DNA from: Alphaproteobacteria bacterium
GTDB lineage: Bacteria; Pseudomonadota; Alphaproteobacteria; UBA9219; RFNS01
Direction of reading: 5' to 3'
Length of the DNA: 64,000 nt
Assembly (NCBI GenBank): GCA_016124955.1
Contig: WGMR01000007.1
Location: 32,840-96,839 of the forward strand
The first letter of the stretch is position 1, and the number at the start of each line of letters is the position of its first letter. Of the stretch, positions 35,862-45,938 are shown piece by piece. Under the pieces are notes generated by a model. The model saw nothing but the letters and a program-made list of their open reading frames with translations, was not told the origin of the DNA and did not search any database. A program made the translations under genes and the position numbers.

Positions 35862-36647
35862 ATGAGAGCATTAGCAATCGGCGCGACGGGGATGCTGGCA
35901 CAGCAGCTTAACGTCGAAGTCATATCGAATAATATCGCCAACCTTTCCACCAGCGGCTTCAAACGCCAGCGCGCGGAATTCCAGGATCTTCTGTACCAGA
36001 ACCTGCGCCGCGTGGGCTCCGAATCCTCGTCCGCCGGCACGATCGTGCCGACCGGCATCCAGGTCGGTGCGGGCGTCAAGGCCGCCGCGGTCTATCGTAT
36101 CAGCGAGCAGGGCAATATCAGCGTTACCGACAACCCGCTCGACCTCGCGATCAGCGGCAAGGGCATGTTTCAGGTCCAGCTGCCCGACGGCACCACGGGC
36201 TACACGCGCGCAGGCGCGCTGCAGCTTGACGCCACCGGCCAGATCGTGACCAGCGACGGCTACCCGATCACACCCGCGATCACCGTACCCGAAGACGCGA
36301 TTGACGTGACCGTCAATGCCGCCGGGCAGGTGCTTGTGAAGGTCGATGGCCAGACCGATCTTTCCAATCTGGGCCAGATCCAGCTCGCGACCTTTCCCAA
36401 CCAGGCCGGGCTCGAAGCGATCGGCGACAATCTTCTGATCGAAACGCCGGCTTCGGGTTCGCCCACCACCGGCAACCCGCAGGATGCAGGCTACGGCAAG
36501 CTCGTGCAGGGTTCGCTTGAAACATCGAATGTCAACATCGTGTCCGAAATTACCGATCTCATCACGGCGCAGCGCGCCTACGAGATGAATTCGCGGGTAA
36601 TCCGGAGCGCGGATGACATGCTCACAACCATCAGCCAGATGCGCTGA
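35862..36647 (+). CDS. flgG: flagellar distal rod protein FlgG
   Basis: MRALAIGATGMLAQQLNVEVISNNIANLSTSGFKRQRAEF and C-terminal GSLETSNVNIVSEITDLITAQRAYEMNSRVI. Confidence 0.9.
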   Translation: MRALAIGATGMLAQQLNVEVISNNIANLSTSGFKRQRAEFQDLLYQNLRRVGSESSSAGTIVPTGIQVGAGVKAAAVYRISEQGNISVTDNPLDLAISGKGMFQVQLPDGTTGYTRAGALQLDATGQIVTSDGYPITPAITVPEDAIDVTVNAAGQVLVKVDGQTDLSNLGQIQLATFPNQAGLEAIGDNLLIETPASGSPTTGNPQDAGYGKLVQGSLETSNVNIVSEITDLITAQRAYEMNSRVIRSADDMLTTISQMR

Positions 36648-36668
36648 TAAGGGAAGCGAGGTAACATC

Positions 36669-37763
36669 ATGAACCCCGGTATCATCAAACAGTACTTCCG
36701 CCATCTTTCGGCACTGGTGGCCTTCATCGTCATCGAGCTGCCGCTGCTGGCCTTCCTGCTCGCCGTGCTCGGGCTGGTTGCGCCCGCGCACAGCGCCGAA
36801 GACACGCTGCCCGCGCTGCCTGCTGCCGAGGATGCGGCGGTGGAAACCGTGCAGCCGGTGATGCTGAAGCCCGCAAGCGAGATCGACCGCGAGGAGATCA
36901 TGCTGGGCGACGTGTTCGCCAACCTGCCCGAAGGGATCGACCGCCCGCTGGCGCGCGCGCCGCTTCCGGGCAAGAAGGTGGTCTATGATGTGACCATCCT
37001 TTCCCGCCTTTCCGCCGCTTACCGGCTGGGCTGGCGTCCGCAGACGCTGACCGAGCAGGCCGTGCTTTCCCGCGCCGCCAACACGGTGAGCAACGAGATG
37101 ATTTTGGCCGCCGTGCACGATGCGCTGGCCGATCAGGGCCTTGAGGGGGATATCGAGGTCCAGCTCGACAACCGCTCGCTCGCTTTCGATTTGCCCACCA
37201 GCGTCGCGCCCGATTTCACGGTCAGCAACATGAATTATGACCCGGCCAGCAACCGTTTTAACGCCGACGGCGCGGTCGCGCCCGGCAGCAGCTATTTGCA
37301 GCATGTGACGCTGACCGGCCGCGCCGTGACGCGCGTCGCGGTGCCCGTGCTTGCCCGTGCGCTTGGCGCGGGCGAAGTGATCGGCAAGGACGATATCGCA
37401 TGGATCAAGGTGCCCGGCGACCGCAGCACGGATTATGTGCGCACCGCCGCCGACCTGATCGGCAAGGAAATGCGCCGCGGCATGGCGGATAACCTGCCGC
37501 TCCGCGCCCGCGACGTGACGCCCGAACGCATGGTGCGCCGCGGCGCGCTGGTCACGATGAAGGTGAAAACCGCCATGATGCTGCTCACCACGCAGGGCCG
37601 CGCGATGGAAGACGGCGCGCAGGGCGATGTGATCCGGGTTGTGAATACGCAGAGCAAGCGCGTGGTTGAAGCGACGGTCGAAGCCCCCGGGCTTGTGAGC
37701 GTCGCGTCCGCCGCCGCAACGGCCCGCAAGGTGCTGGCTGCAGCCACGACCGAGATTGAATAA
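36669..37763 (+). CDS. flgA: flagellar P-ring assembly chaperone FlgA (long form)
   Basis: Signal peptide; C-terminal SAF-like region GDVIRVVNTQSKRVVEATVEAPGLV; flgG-flgA-flgH order. Confidence 0.7.
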   Translation: MNPGIIKQYFRHLSALVAFIVIELPLLAFLLAVLGLVAPAHSAEDTLPALPAAEDAAVETVQPVMLKPASEIDREEIMLGDVFANLPEGIDRPLARAPLPGKKVVYDVTILSRLSAAYRLGWRPQTLTEQAVLSRAANTVSNEMILAAVHDALADQGLEGDIEVQLDNRSLAFDLPTSVAPDFTVSNMNYDPASNRFNADGAVAPGSSYLQHVTLTGRAVTRVAVPVLARALGAGEVIGKDDIAWIKVPGDRSTDYVRTAADLIGKEMRRGMADNLPLRARDVTPERMVRRGALVTMKVKTAMMLLTTQGRAMEDGAQGDVIRVVNTQSKRVVEATVEAPGLVSVASAAATARKVLAAATTEIE

Positions 37764-37784
37764 GGGGCAAGGGGGAGATCTACA

Positions 37785-38549
37785 ATGACAATGCTGAACG
37801 TAAAGACAAAGACGGGAAGGGCGGCAGGGTTCCTGCTTGCGGCTTTCCTTCTGACCGGGTGCAGCGCGCTCGACCGCATCGCCGATATCGGCGCAACGCC
37901 GAAACTTGAAGCGATCGAAAACCCGACCCAGCAAAAAGGCTATATGCCGGTGAGCATGCCGATGCCGGCCCCGCAGCTGGGCGACCGGCAGCCGAACTCG
38001 CTCTGGCAACCGGGCAGCCGCGCCTTTTTCCGCGATCAGCGCGCCAGCCGCGTGGGCGACATTCTGACCGTGCTCGTTCAGATGGATGAAAAGGCCGAGA
38101 TCGATAACGAAACCACCCGCGAACGCGATAATTCCGAAAGCGCGGATGCCACCAACATTCTCGGTTACGAAAACCAGCTGGGCGAACTTTTGTTCAGCGG
38201 CGCCGACCCGACCTCGATCATCGATAGCGGTTCGAAATCGAAATCGAGCGGCAAGGGTTCGGTGGACCGGGCTGAAAAGATCAGCCTGCGCGTTGCCGCC
38301 ACCATCATCCAGGTTCTGCCCAACGGTAACTTCGTGATCCAGGGCAAGCAGCAGATGACCGTGAACTTCGATATGCGCGAGCTTCTGATCAACGGCGTGA
38401 TCCGCCCGGAAGATATCTCGTCCGAGAACACCGTGAACTATGACCAGATTGCCGAGGCGCGCATCGCCTACGGCGGCCGCGGCCAGATCATGGATGTGCA
38501 GCAGGCCCGCTACGGCCAGCAGCTCTACGACATACTGTTCCCGTTCTGA
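37785..38549 (+). CDS. flgH: flagellar L-ring lipoprotein FlgH
   Basis: Lipobox LLTGC; conserved FlgH core (GDILTVLVQM...ISLRVAATIIQVLPNGNFVIQG). Confidence 0.9.
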   Translation: MTMLNVKTKTGRAAGFLLAAFLLTGCSALDRIADIGATPKLEAIENPTQQKGYMPVSMPMPAPQLGDRQPNSLWQPGSRAFFRDQRASRVGDILTVLVQMDEKAEIDNETTRERDNSESADATNILGYENQLGELLFSGADPTSIIDSGSKSKSSGKGSVDRAEKISLRVAATIIQVLPNGNFVIQGKQQMTVNFDMRELLINGVIRPEDISSENTVNYDQIAEARIAYGGRGQIMDVQQARYGQQLYDILFPF

Positions 38550-38659
38550 TAAGGGAGGAATGAAGAAAACTCAGGAATTTCAGGCGCATACAACAAGAAC
38601 AACCGCTGCCTGATTGCCGCACCTGCACACGGGCTCCAGCTCCCCCGCGATCTCCCCAC

Positions 38660-38867
38660 GTCGCCACGGACCCTGTGCAGGTGCGGTACCTTTTTCTCTT
38701 CAAGGCCGGGGACGTTACAAAAAACATGCGGGGGTGCCCCGCGATCTCACGTATATTTCCCGTGTCGCCACGGACCCTGTGCAGGTGCGGTACCTTTTTC
38801 TCTTCAAGGCCGGGGACGTTACAAAAAACATGCGGGGGTGCCCCGCGATCTCACGTATATTTCCCGT
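38660..38867. repeat. two perfect tandem copies of a 104-bp repeat (plus partial flanking copies), each with a GCGGGG-GTG-CCCCGC hairpin next to an A/T tract
   Basis: Unit gtcgccacggaccctgtgcaggtgcggtacctttttctcttcaaggccggggacgttacaaaaaacatgcgggggtgccccgcgatctcacgtatatttcccgt at 38660 and 38764. Confidence 0.85.
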
Positions 38868-38899
38868 GTCGCCACCAACGCCTTGTGCGGGTGTACTTT

Positions 38900-39166
38900 T
38901 CAAGACGGACACTTGATTATCATGGTCATGCGGCCATGATCGGCGGCGTTTGCCGTATTGCTTGTTACATCGAAACCGGATGGGCAAAGCTTGTTGGCTT
39001 CGTTGGCGCAGTATTTCGGCGAATCAACGCAAGTGACCATGTATTGCCCGGGCCCCATGGGATACGAGCGAACCGCTGAAAACATGGCCTTGCTGTCGGT
39101 TGTGCTCACACAGGCCTGCAAGAACAGGCAACCGGTTATAACGAAAAAGAACGTCTTTTTCCCCAT
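38900..39166 (-). CDS. small Cys-rich lipoprotein (88 aa) in low-GC islet
   Basis: Lipobox FVITGC; 7 Cys; local GC much lower than surrounding genome. Confidence 0.4.
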   Translation of the reverse strand: MGKKTFFFVITGCLFLQACVSTTDSKAMFSAVRSYPMGPGQYMVTCVDSPKYCANEANKLCPSGFDVTSNTANAADHGRMTMIIKCPS

Positions 39167-39266
39167 ATCGTACCCCCGTCTAAAAAATCAATAAATCCAG
39201 GCACAGTCTCTTTTTCTATCCTGATGCTGGAAACAACCAAACATGCGGGGGTGCGATGCGAAACAA

Positions 39267-39578
39267 TCAGGCTTCGCCCGGCTGCTTGCCTTCATACCCT
39301 TCGACAACCAGAACATCGGCTTCGGCGTGGCCCCTGCGCAGGCTTAGCGCATGCTGGTATTCCGGCGAATGGAAGCAGGCTTTTGCGGTTTCGTGATCCT
39401 TAAACTCGATCACGACAATGCGGCGGCGCGTTTTCCCATCCAGCGTTTCGGTCTTGCCGCCGCGTGTGATGTAGCGCGCATCGTATTTGCGGAACGCCGC
39501 CTGGTTCGCTTCCAGATACGCCTTGTATCCTTCGGGGCCGGTGACATCGATCATCGCAACCCAGTAACCCTTCACCAT
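39267..39578 (-). CDS. DUF1330 family protein
   Basis: MVKGYWVAMIDV...YITRGG typical DUF1330 N-terminus, about 100 aa. Confidence 0.7.
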   Translation of the reverse strand: MVKGYWVAMIDVTGPEGYKAYLEANQAAFRKYDARYITRGGKTETLDGKTRRRIVVIEFKDHETAKACFHSPEYQHALSLRRGHAEADVLVVEGYEGKQPGEA

Positions 39579-39606
39579 AGCCTTGCTCCTTTACGCGGAA
39601 AAAAAA

Positions 39607-40884
39607 TCAGGTACGCGTCTGGCCGTTGCCGAAAACGCGGTATTGATGGGTTGTCAGCTCTTCCAGACCGACGGGGCCGCGCGCATGCAGCTTGCCGGTG
39701 GCGATACCGATCTCGGCGCCCTTGCCAAACTCGCCGCCGTCCGCGAACTGGGTCGAAGCGTTGTGCATCGCGATCGCGCTGTTCACGTGCGCGAGGAAAT
39801 AATCGGCCACCATCGTATCTTCGGTGACGATGGCATCTGTGTGCTGCGAACCGTTGGTGTTGATAAAGCGCACCGCTTCATGCACATCGTTCACGACGGC
39901 CACGGCGATGACGGGCGCAAGGAATTCGTGGCCGTAATCGCATTCCGCCGCCAGCCGCGCGCCCGGCACCCGGGCGCACAATTCGGCCGGTGCGCGCACC
40001 TCGCAGCCCGTTTCGATCAGCGCGCGCATCACGTCCGTGCCGGTGGTATCAACGATGGCGCGATGCAACAGAAGGCATTCGGTCGCGCCGCAAATGCCGG
40101 GGCGGCGCATCTTGGCGTTGACCGTAAGCGCGACCGCCCTGTCCGGGTCGGCGCCGCTGTCGATATAAGTGTGGCAAATGCCGTCGAGATGGCTGAAGAC
40201 GGGGATCCGGCTTTCGGTGCGCACCCGCTCGATCAGTGATTTGCCGCCGCGCGGCACGATCACATCGACGAAGCCATCAAGCTGCAGCAACGCGCCGACC
40301 AGCGCGCGATCCTTGCCCGGCAAGGTTTGCACCGCCGCTTCCGGCAGCCCCGCACCGGAAAGCGCCCGTTGCACAATGCCGGTGAGCGCCAGCACGCTGT
40401 GCCAGCTTTCGCTGCCGCCGCGCAGGATGCAGGCATTGCCCGCCTTCAGGCAAAGCGCCGCGGCATCGACCGCGACATTGGGGCGCGATTCGAAAATTAC
40501 GCCAACGACGCCAAGCGGCACCGCGCGCTTTTCGATCCGCAGACCGTTCGGGCGCACGGTTTCGCCCAAAAGCCGCCCGACCGGATCGGGAAGCGCCGCA
40601 ATGGCTTCAACGCCCGCGGCAATGGCTTCGATACGTTCGGCCGTAAGGCGCAGCCGGTCGAGCGAAGCCGCGGCGGCGCCGGATTTTTCGGCCGCTTCGC
40701 AATCGCGGGCATTGGCTTGCAGGATGAAATTTGCTTGCGCGCGCAAGCCTTCGGCGATGGCCGCGAGCGCCGCGTTCTTGGCGGTCGTGTCCGCGGCGGC
40801 AAGAAGCTGCGCGGCTTCTTTTGCCTGTCTGCCCAAAGGAACGAGCGGGTTGGCGGGGGGTGCTTCGCGTGCCGTGTTTTGCAT
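39607..40884 (-). CDS. proA: gamma-glutamyl phosphate reductase
   Basis: Aldehyde dehydrogenase-like ProA sequence with catalytic Cys (GICGATECLLLH); follows proB. Confidence 0.9.
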   Translation of the reverse strand: MQNTAREAPPANPLVPLGRQAKEAAQLLAAADTTAKNAALAAIAEGLRAQANFILQANARDCEAAEKSGAAAASLDRLRLTAERIEAIAAGVEAIAALPDPVGRLLGETVRPNGLRIEKRAVPLGVVGVIFESRPNVAVDAAALCLKAGNACILRGGSESWHSVLALTGIVQRALSGAGLPEAAVQTLPGKDRALVGALLQLDGFVDVIVPRGGKSLIERVRTESRIPVFSHLDGICHTYIDSGADPDRAVALTVNAKMRRPGICGATECLLLHRAIVDTTGTDVMRALIETGCEVRAPAELCARVPGARLAAECDYGHEFLAPVIAVAVVNDVHEAVRFINTNGSQHTDAIVTEDTMVADYFLAHVNSAIAMHNASTQFADGGEFGKGAEIGIATGKLHARGPVGLEELTTHQYRVFGNGQTRT

Positions 40885-40897
40885 AAGGCCCAGCGTA

Positions 40898-41986
40898 TCA
40901 GCCCGCAGCGGTGCGGTGCAACTGATCGTAATGAATAAAAACGGGCTGCTTTTTTTGCCCCAATACGGCGCGCAGGCGGGCGGCATCGTAGCGGGCCACG
41001 CCCAGCGCAAGCAGCGTGCCCGCTTCATCGATCACGCGCACCATTTCGCCGCGCGCAAATTTACCCGAAACCCTGGTGATCCCCACCGGCAGCAGGCTTG
41101 GGGCCTTGGCCGGGTCGCGCAGGATAACCGCAAGGCATTCGTTGGCGGTGACGCTGGCGGTTGCCTTGCTGGTTTCGCTGGCGAGCCAGCGCTTGGTGGC
41201 ATTGTGCTTGACCGGCAGGGCGGCGACCATGGTGCCGAGCGGATCATTTTTAGCAAGGCGCGCCAGCACGCGCGGCGTGCGCGCCGCCGCGATTTGCGTG
41301 CGAATGCCGAGCCCGGCGAGTTTGCGCGCGACCGCCAGCTTGGTCGCCATGCCGCCGCGCCCCATGGCTGATTTGCCTTGCGTCACCGCGCCGGTTCCGG
41401 TGCCGGTTCGCCAATCGATCAAGGGAATGACCTTTGCGCCCGGCTCGGCCGGCGGGCGATCAAAAACGCCTTCGATGGCCGAAAGCACGATCATGCGCTC
41501 GGCGCCGAGCAGCGCGGCGACGAGGCCCGCAAGCTCGTCATTGTCCGTGAACATCAGTTCATCGATCGTGACGCTGTCGTTTTCGTTCACGACCGGGAGG
41601 ATGTGAGGCTGGTCACGCAGGCGCGCGAACAGATGGCCGATTTGCTGGTAATGCTTGCGGGTGTGGAAATCCTGCCGCGTCAGCAGGATTTGCGCCGCCG
41701 CGAGGCCGCGCTTTTTCAGCAAGCGCTGATAAAGCGCCATCAGCTGCGGTTGCCCGAGCGCAGCAAGGATTTGCCGCCCGCCGACCGGATCGCAATTGCG
41801 CAATTTTTGCCCGCTGCCCAAAAGCGCCCGCCCGGTGCCGACCGCGCCCGATGTCACCAGAACGACGAAATGCCCGGCCTTTTTCAGTGCCGCGATTTCC
41901 CCCATCAAACGGCCGAGCAGGGCCGGGTCCGGCGTGCCGTTCGCGCGGCTGAGCGCCTGCGTGCCTATCTTGATGACGATGTCCAT
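40898..41986 (-). CDS. proB: glutamate 5-kinase
   Basis: MDIVIKIGTQALS amino-acid-kinase N-term and C-terminal PUA domain. Confidence 0.9.
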   Translation of the reverse strand: MDIVIKIGTQALSRANGTPDPALLGRLMGEIAALKKAGHFVVLVTSGAVGTGRALLGSGQKLRNCDPVGGRQILAALGQPQLMALYQRLLKKRGLAAAQILLTRQDFHTRKHYQQIGHLFARLRDQPHILPVVNENDSVTIDELMFTDNDELAGLVAALLGAERMIVLSAIEGVFDRPPAEPGAKVIPLIDWRTGTGTGAVTQGKSAMGRGGMATKLAVARKLAGLGIRTQIAAARTPRVLARLAKNDPLGTMVAALPVKHNATKRWLASETSKATASVTANECLAVILRDPAKAPSLLPVGITRVSGKFARGEMVRVIDEAGTLLALGVARYDAARLRAVLGQKKQPVFIHYDQLHRTAAG

Positions 41987-42003
41987 GCGCGCGCCCGCTG
42001 CCG

Positions 42004-42783
42004 TCAGGGCGCGCCGCCGGCCGGTTCTTGCGCGGCCGGTTGCAGGCTGAAATCCTTATAGACCGGCGTTTCCGCGCCATCGTTCGCGGCGGCATCGGGC
42101 ACCAGATCGCTCAGGTTCGGGCCTTCGTCGCGCCTGATCACGGCGCCCTGCGCCTTGTCGCGCAACTGCCGCATCAGCGCATCCTGCTTTTGTCTGTCGG
42201 TATCGCGCGCTTCGCCTTTTTGCTTGCGGCCATAGGGCTGGGCCACGTTGAAATCGGTGACGAAGCTGCGCGCAAGCTTTTCGGTCGCTTGCAATATGCC
42301 CTGGTCATGCACGCTTTGCCTTGTGCCGAGCATCAGGCCTTCGCGCCAGTAGGTGACCGTGAAGTTGCGGCGTTCTTCTACCGGCGGCAGGCGCGCGGCG
42401 TGGCGCCCTTCGGCCACCAGTTCGATATAAGACGCGCAAACCAGCGTGCCGTCGTTGTAGGTCGTGATTTCCGGCGTCAGCGTAATGCGCACGGCGGTGG
42501 TCAGCGCCGGCTTGGCGGTGGCGGCGCGCAGCGCCGTCAGGCCCATATCTTCCAGCACCTCGTGTGCGCGCTCCTCGACCTCGTTGCGGCGGATGCCGCA
42601 GGCTTCGGACGCTTTCGGATCGGTGATGCGCGTGTAATTGACCAGAATTTCAGTGACGCCATAAAGTGCCGGCGCGCCACCGCGCGTGCTTTCGGCCTGC
42701 GCCGGCGCCGCGGGCAGCAGCGCGGCCAGCAAAACCAGCAGCAACGGGGCGAAGGGGCGCAGGGATGGCCGGGCGATGTTCAT
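42004..42783 (-). CDS. hypothetical periplasmic protein
   Basis: Signal peptide MNIARPSLRPFAPLLLVLLAALLPAAPAQA; no recognisable domain. Confidence 0.5.
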   Translation of the reverse strand: MNIARPSLRPFAPLLLVLLAALLPAAPAQAESTRGGAPALYGVTEILVNYTRITDPKASEACGIRRNEVEERAHEVLEDMGLTALRAATAKPALTTAVRITLTPEITTYNDGTLVCASYIELVAEGRHAARLPPVEERRNFTVTYWREGLMLGTRQSVHDQGILQATEKLARSFVTDFNVAQPYGRKQKGEARDTDRQKQDALMRQLRDKAQGAVIRRDEGPNLSDLVPDAAANDGAETPVYKDFSLQPAAQEPAGGAP

Positions 42784-42865
42784 GCCGCGACTATAATGCA
42801 TCAGACGCTGACGGGGAAGCGGGCAGGGACGGGCGCGGTTTTGCGGCCCCGCTGTTCCGGCCGGT

Positions 42866-43294
42866 TTATTCCCGGTCGTCGGCGTGGGTGCGTTCGAGCC
42901 GTTCGTGGCGTTCCTGCGCCTCGATGCTCAGCGTGGCGACGGGGCGCGCATCAAGCCGCTTGACGCCGATCGGTTCGCCGCTTTCCTCGCAATAGCCGTA
43001 ATCGCCGCTTTCGATGCGTTGCAACGCATCGCTGATCTTGCTGAGCAGCTTGCGCTGGCGGTCGCGCGCGCGCATCTCGAGCGCCACTTCGGTTTCCACG
43101 CTGGCGCGGTCGGCGATATCGGGTTCCTGCAAACCGCCTTCGTCCTGCAGATCGTGCAGCGTGTCGGCGGCTTCGCGCAATATCTCGTCCTTCCACTTCA
43201 CAAGCTTCTGCTTGAAGTAGGCCAGCATGACCGGGTTCATGTAGGCTTCTTTTTCGGTCGGCTTGTAATTCTGCGGCACTGTCACAATCGTCAT
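42866..43294 (-). CDS. dksA: DksA-family RNA polymerase-binding transcription factor (Cys-poor zinc-finger variant)
   Basis: Coiled-coil with DxxDxA acidic tip (PDIADRASVETE); C-terminal YGYCEESGEPIGVKRL (only one Cys retained). Confidence 0.7.
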   Translation of the reverse strand: MTIVTVPQNYKPTEKEAYMNPVMLAYFKQKLVKWKDEILREAADTLHDLQDEGGLQEPDIADRASVETEVALEMRARDRQRKLLSKISDALQRIESGDYGYCEESGEPIGVKRLDARPVATLSIEAQERHERLERTHADDRE

Positions 43295-43405
43295 CAGGGA
43301 CCCTCGGGATTCGGAATAAATGAAGTGGGGCGGGAGTATAGAAAGGGGCCGAGGCCGAGGCAACCGCCTGCGTGCCTTGTTAATACGCTGTTTTATATGA
43401 ATTTA

Positions 43406-44914
43406 TCATGCGATGGCCAGTTTGGCGGCCCGGGTGCCGCCGGGCGGGCCCTTGTCGCCATCGGCCTTCGCGCCGGGATCGCGGGTGGGGGTGGCATTCG
43501 GCGGGCCGTTTTTCTTACGCAGCGACATCCATGTTGCGGCTGCGCCGAACGCAAGGCCAACCGGCATCGCGACCGGCATGGCAAGAACGCCGAGGATACC
43601 AAGCGTACCCATTGTCCATGCTCCAAGCATAAGGGCGGCGGTGCCGGGGCCGATTTTGCCGTCTTTCAACATCATCGCGGTGACGGCCATGCTTGAAAGG
43701 GCCATCACGCCTATCATTGGCAAGGCACCAGTGAGCGCGAGCGCCCCGCCCTTGACCATCATACCGACGCCGAGCACGCCAAGAATGTTGAAAATGTTCG
43801 AACCGATCAGATTGCCGGCGGCAAGATCGTGGCGGCCTTTCGCCAGTGCCGCGATAGAAACCGTGAGTTCGGGAAGCGAGGTGCCGACCGCCGATATCAG
43901 ACCGACAACCGCAGGCGCCCAATGATAGAGCGCCGCGAGCGCAAGACCGCCGCCGACCATGAGGTTTGCGCCAAGCACAAGCAGACCAAAACCAAGCCCG
44001 GCCATAGCCAGCGATGTAAGCAGATTGCTTTTTGCGCCATGATGTTCCGCTTCCTGTGCGGCGGTCTTGTCTCGCGTTAGCCACGATTCGCCCCAGCGCG
44101 CCAAGATATAGGCACCCAGTCCGTACATGAAATATTTTCCCACCACGGGTGTAAGACCGCCAAGCCCGGGAATAAAAGCAAAAGCAGCAAGCGCAAGAAA
44201 GGCGGCAGGGAAAAAGATTTTATCCACCAGCGAAGTATGTTTGCCTACACCGACGGTGCCGGGATCATGCTTGGTTGTTTCAGCACCGCTTTGCTGAAAG
44301 GCGGTTTCTGTGCCGCTCCTATTTCTTTTCCGGCCGCTGAAAAGCCGCCCCAGGCCGCGGCGGATGCTATCGAAGATGACGGCGGTTGGAAGGATCAGCC
44401 AGTAGTTTGAGAAATTCGAGCCAGCGACATTTATGAGCGCCTCCGCATCCGCGCCGGAACCAATAAAGCCGACGCTGGAGGCCAGTTCGGGTGAAGATGT
44501 ACCGAAGCCGAGCAACACGATGCCTGCCAGCACCGGAGGAATGCGTAGCTTGTGTGCAATGTTCAGGGCGTGGTCGATCAGCATGCTGCTGCCGTATTTG
44601 AGCAGCGCAAGGCCGGAGAGAAGGCCAACGGCTGCTGCCATCGGGCCTGTCAATGTCATGGCTGCTACGGCCGCTGCGGCCGCGCTGAATATCCCGGCCC
44701 ATTTTAGCCATTTCGGTGCGCTGTCTTCGGGCCAGAACATGGATGCCACAGCCGCAGCAGAAAGCCCTAGCGCCAAAAGGCCTATGGCCGGCGCGCCGAA
44801 CATCGTCACGAGTAATGTTGATAATGTGGTTGCGCTGCCTATGGCGAAGGCTTTGGCCGTTGCGAGAGCGCCCGCAGCGGTGCTTGAGAGAAGGGATAAA
44901 TCAAAATGCTCCAT
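43406..44914 (-). CDS. Ca2+/cation antiporter (CaCA family, YrbG-like)
   Basis: Two alpha-repeat signatures GTSSPEL and GTSLPEL within 10-TM topology. Confidence 0.75.
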   Translation of the reverse strand: MEHFDLSLLSSTAAGALATAKAFAIGSATTLSTLLVTMFGAPAIGLLALGLSAAAVASMFWPEDSAPKWLKWAGIFSAAAAAVAAMTLTGPMAAAVGLLSGLALLKYGSSMLIDHALNIAHKLRIPPVLAGIVLLGFGTSSPELASSVGFIGSGADAEALINVAGSNFSNYWLILPTAVIFDSIRRGLGRLFSGRKRNRSGTETAFQQSGAETTKHDPGTVGVGKHTSLVDKIFFPAAFLALAAFAFIPGLGGLTPVVGKYFMYGLGAYILARWGESWLTRDKTAAQEAEHHGAKSNLLTSLAMAGLGFGLLVLGANLMVGGGLALAALYHWAPAVVGLISAVGTSLPELTVSIAALAKGRHDLAAGNLIGSNIFNILGVLGVGMMVKGGALALTGALPMIGVMALSSMAVTAMMLKDGKIGPGTAALMLGAWTMGTLGILGVLAMPVAMPVGLAFGAAATWMSLRKKNGPPNATPTRDPGAKADGDKGPPGGTRAAKLAIA

Positions 44915-45113
44915 GCCCATTATTACCAATATAAAATAGTTAAGTATTAACAAATGGTAGCATATTTCGGAACCGGAGTCATGCGGGATTCAAGCGGGAT
45001 TGCTTGCATGCCTGCCTGTGTCTGGGCGGGACAAAAGCACGAGCAAAATAAATAGACAAGCAGGTTAATACTGCCGCCGTCACGGTGGATATTTACGGTT
45101 AAAGACGGCTGTT

Positions 45114-45542
45114 TCAGGGTGCGTATTTGGCCAATTCGACCTGCGCGCGCAGATCGATTTCATCAAGGATGGCGGTGAGCTGCGGGTCGGAGATTTGCGG
45201 GCGGCGCTGGCTGATGACGCGCGCGAGCTGCATCAGCCTTTCCTTGGTCAGGCCGCCGGCCAGAAGTTCGAGCCGCAAATTATCGAGCAGATCGAGCAGA
45301 TCTTTTGCGCGCGCCTTGCCGCGCGATGCGCGGGCCAGCGCGTCTTCGACTTCCTGCGCGCCAAGCACGGCGCCGACGCTGTTGATCGCGCCCGCGCCCG
45401 TCGTCGGGCCCGCTTCGCTGGCCGCGCCGGTTTCATCGAGATGCCCGGAAAAGCCGCTGCCGCGGCTTCCGCCGGCCTTGCTCGTACGCTTCACGGTTTC
45501 CGTTCTGCGCACGCCGCGTATGCCGTCAATTTTATTGATCAA
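45114..45542 (-). CDS. fliX: FliX-like class II flagellar assembly regulator
   Basis: 142-aa protein divergently transcribed from flgI, as fliX in Caulobacter; TTG start with AAGGGG SD. Confidence 0.5.
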   Translation of the reverse strand: MINKIDGIRGVRRTETVKRTSKAGGSRGSGFSGHLDETGAASEAGPTTGAGAINSVGAVLGAQEVEDALARASRGKARAKDLLDLLDNLRLELLAGGLTKERLMQLARVISQRRPQISDPQLTAILDEIDLRAQVELAKYAP

Positions 45543-45559
45543 GATTTCCCCTTCTTATG

Positions 45560-45587
45560 CATAAAACGATCGGCTGATCGTTTTATG
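45560..45587. promoter_or_regulatory. perfect 12-bp inverted repeat (CATAAAACGATC-ggct-GATCGTTTTATG) just upstream of fliX start
   Basis: Seen directly; 18 nt upstream of TTG start/SD region of fliX, in the fliX-flgI divergent intergenic region. Confidence 0.6.
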
Positions 45588-45938
45588 TTTGATCGTTGTT
45601 CCGCTTTTTATTCCCCTTGCGCGCGCCCGCGCCGAACCTTGCATCATGTCCGGGATAGCAGATCGCGGCTACATTACAAACCTTATGCCTGCATCTTAAA
45701 CAATTCATAAACATATGTCATATCAGGACCTTATTGGCCCGCCTGGCGGGGCCGCCGGGCCGTTTTGCGGGCGGCAAAATCTGCCGCCCCGGGGGCTGGA
45801 AAACAAGCATTCCTTGCCCCGCAGGGCCCGGGCTTGCCGCCAAAGCCTATAAAAAACCTTTCCAAATCAGTTGTTTATGACCGCGCCCGGTTTGGCACGG
45901 TTATCGCATTGATCACGGCGGAGGAAGAGGGAGCAGCC

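Noticed and set aside
38660-38867. Possible CRISPR array
   Set aside because: Only two long (104 bp) directly abutting repeats without unique spacers; no cas genes.
38614-39079. ORFs (100-134 aa) reading through the 104-bp tandem repeats on both strands
   Set aside because: Their length is created by repeat duplication; translations are repeat-derived and low complexity; no RBS.
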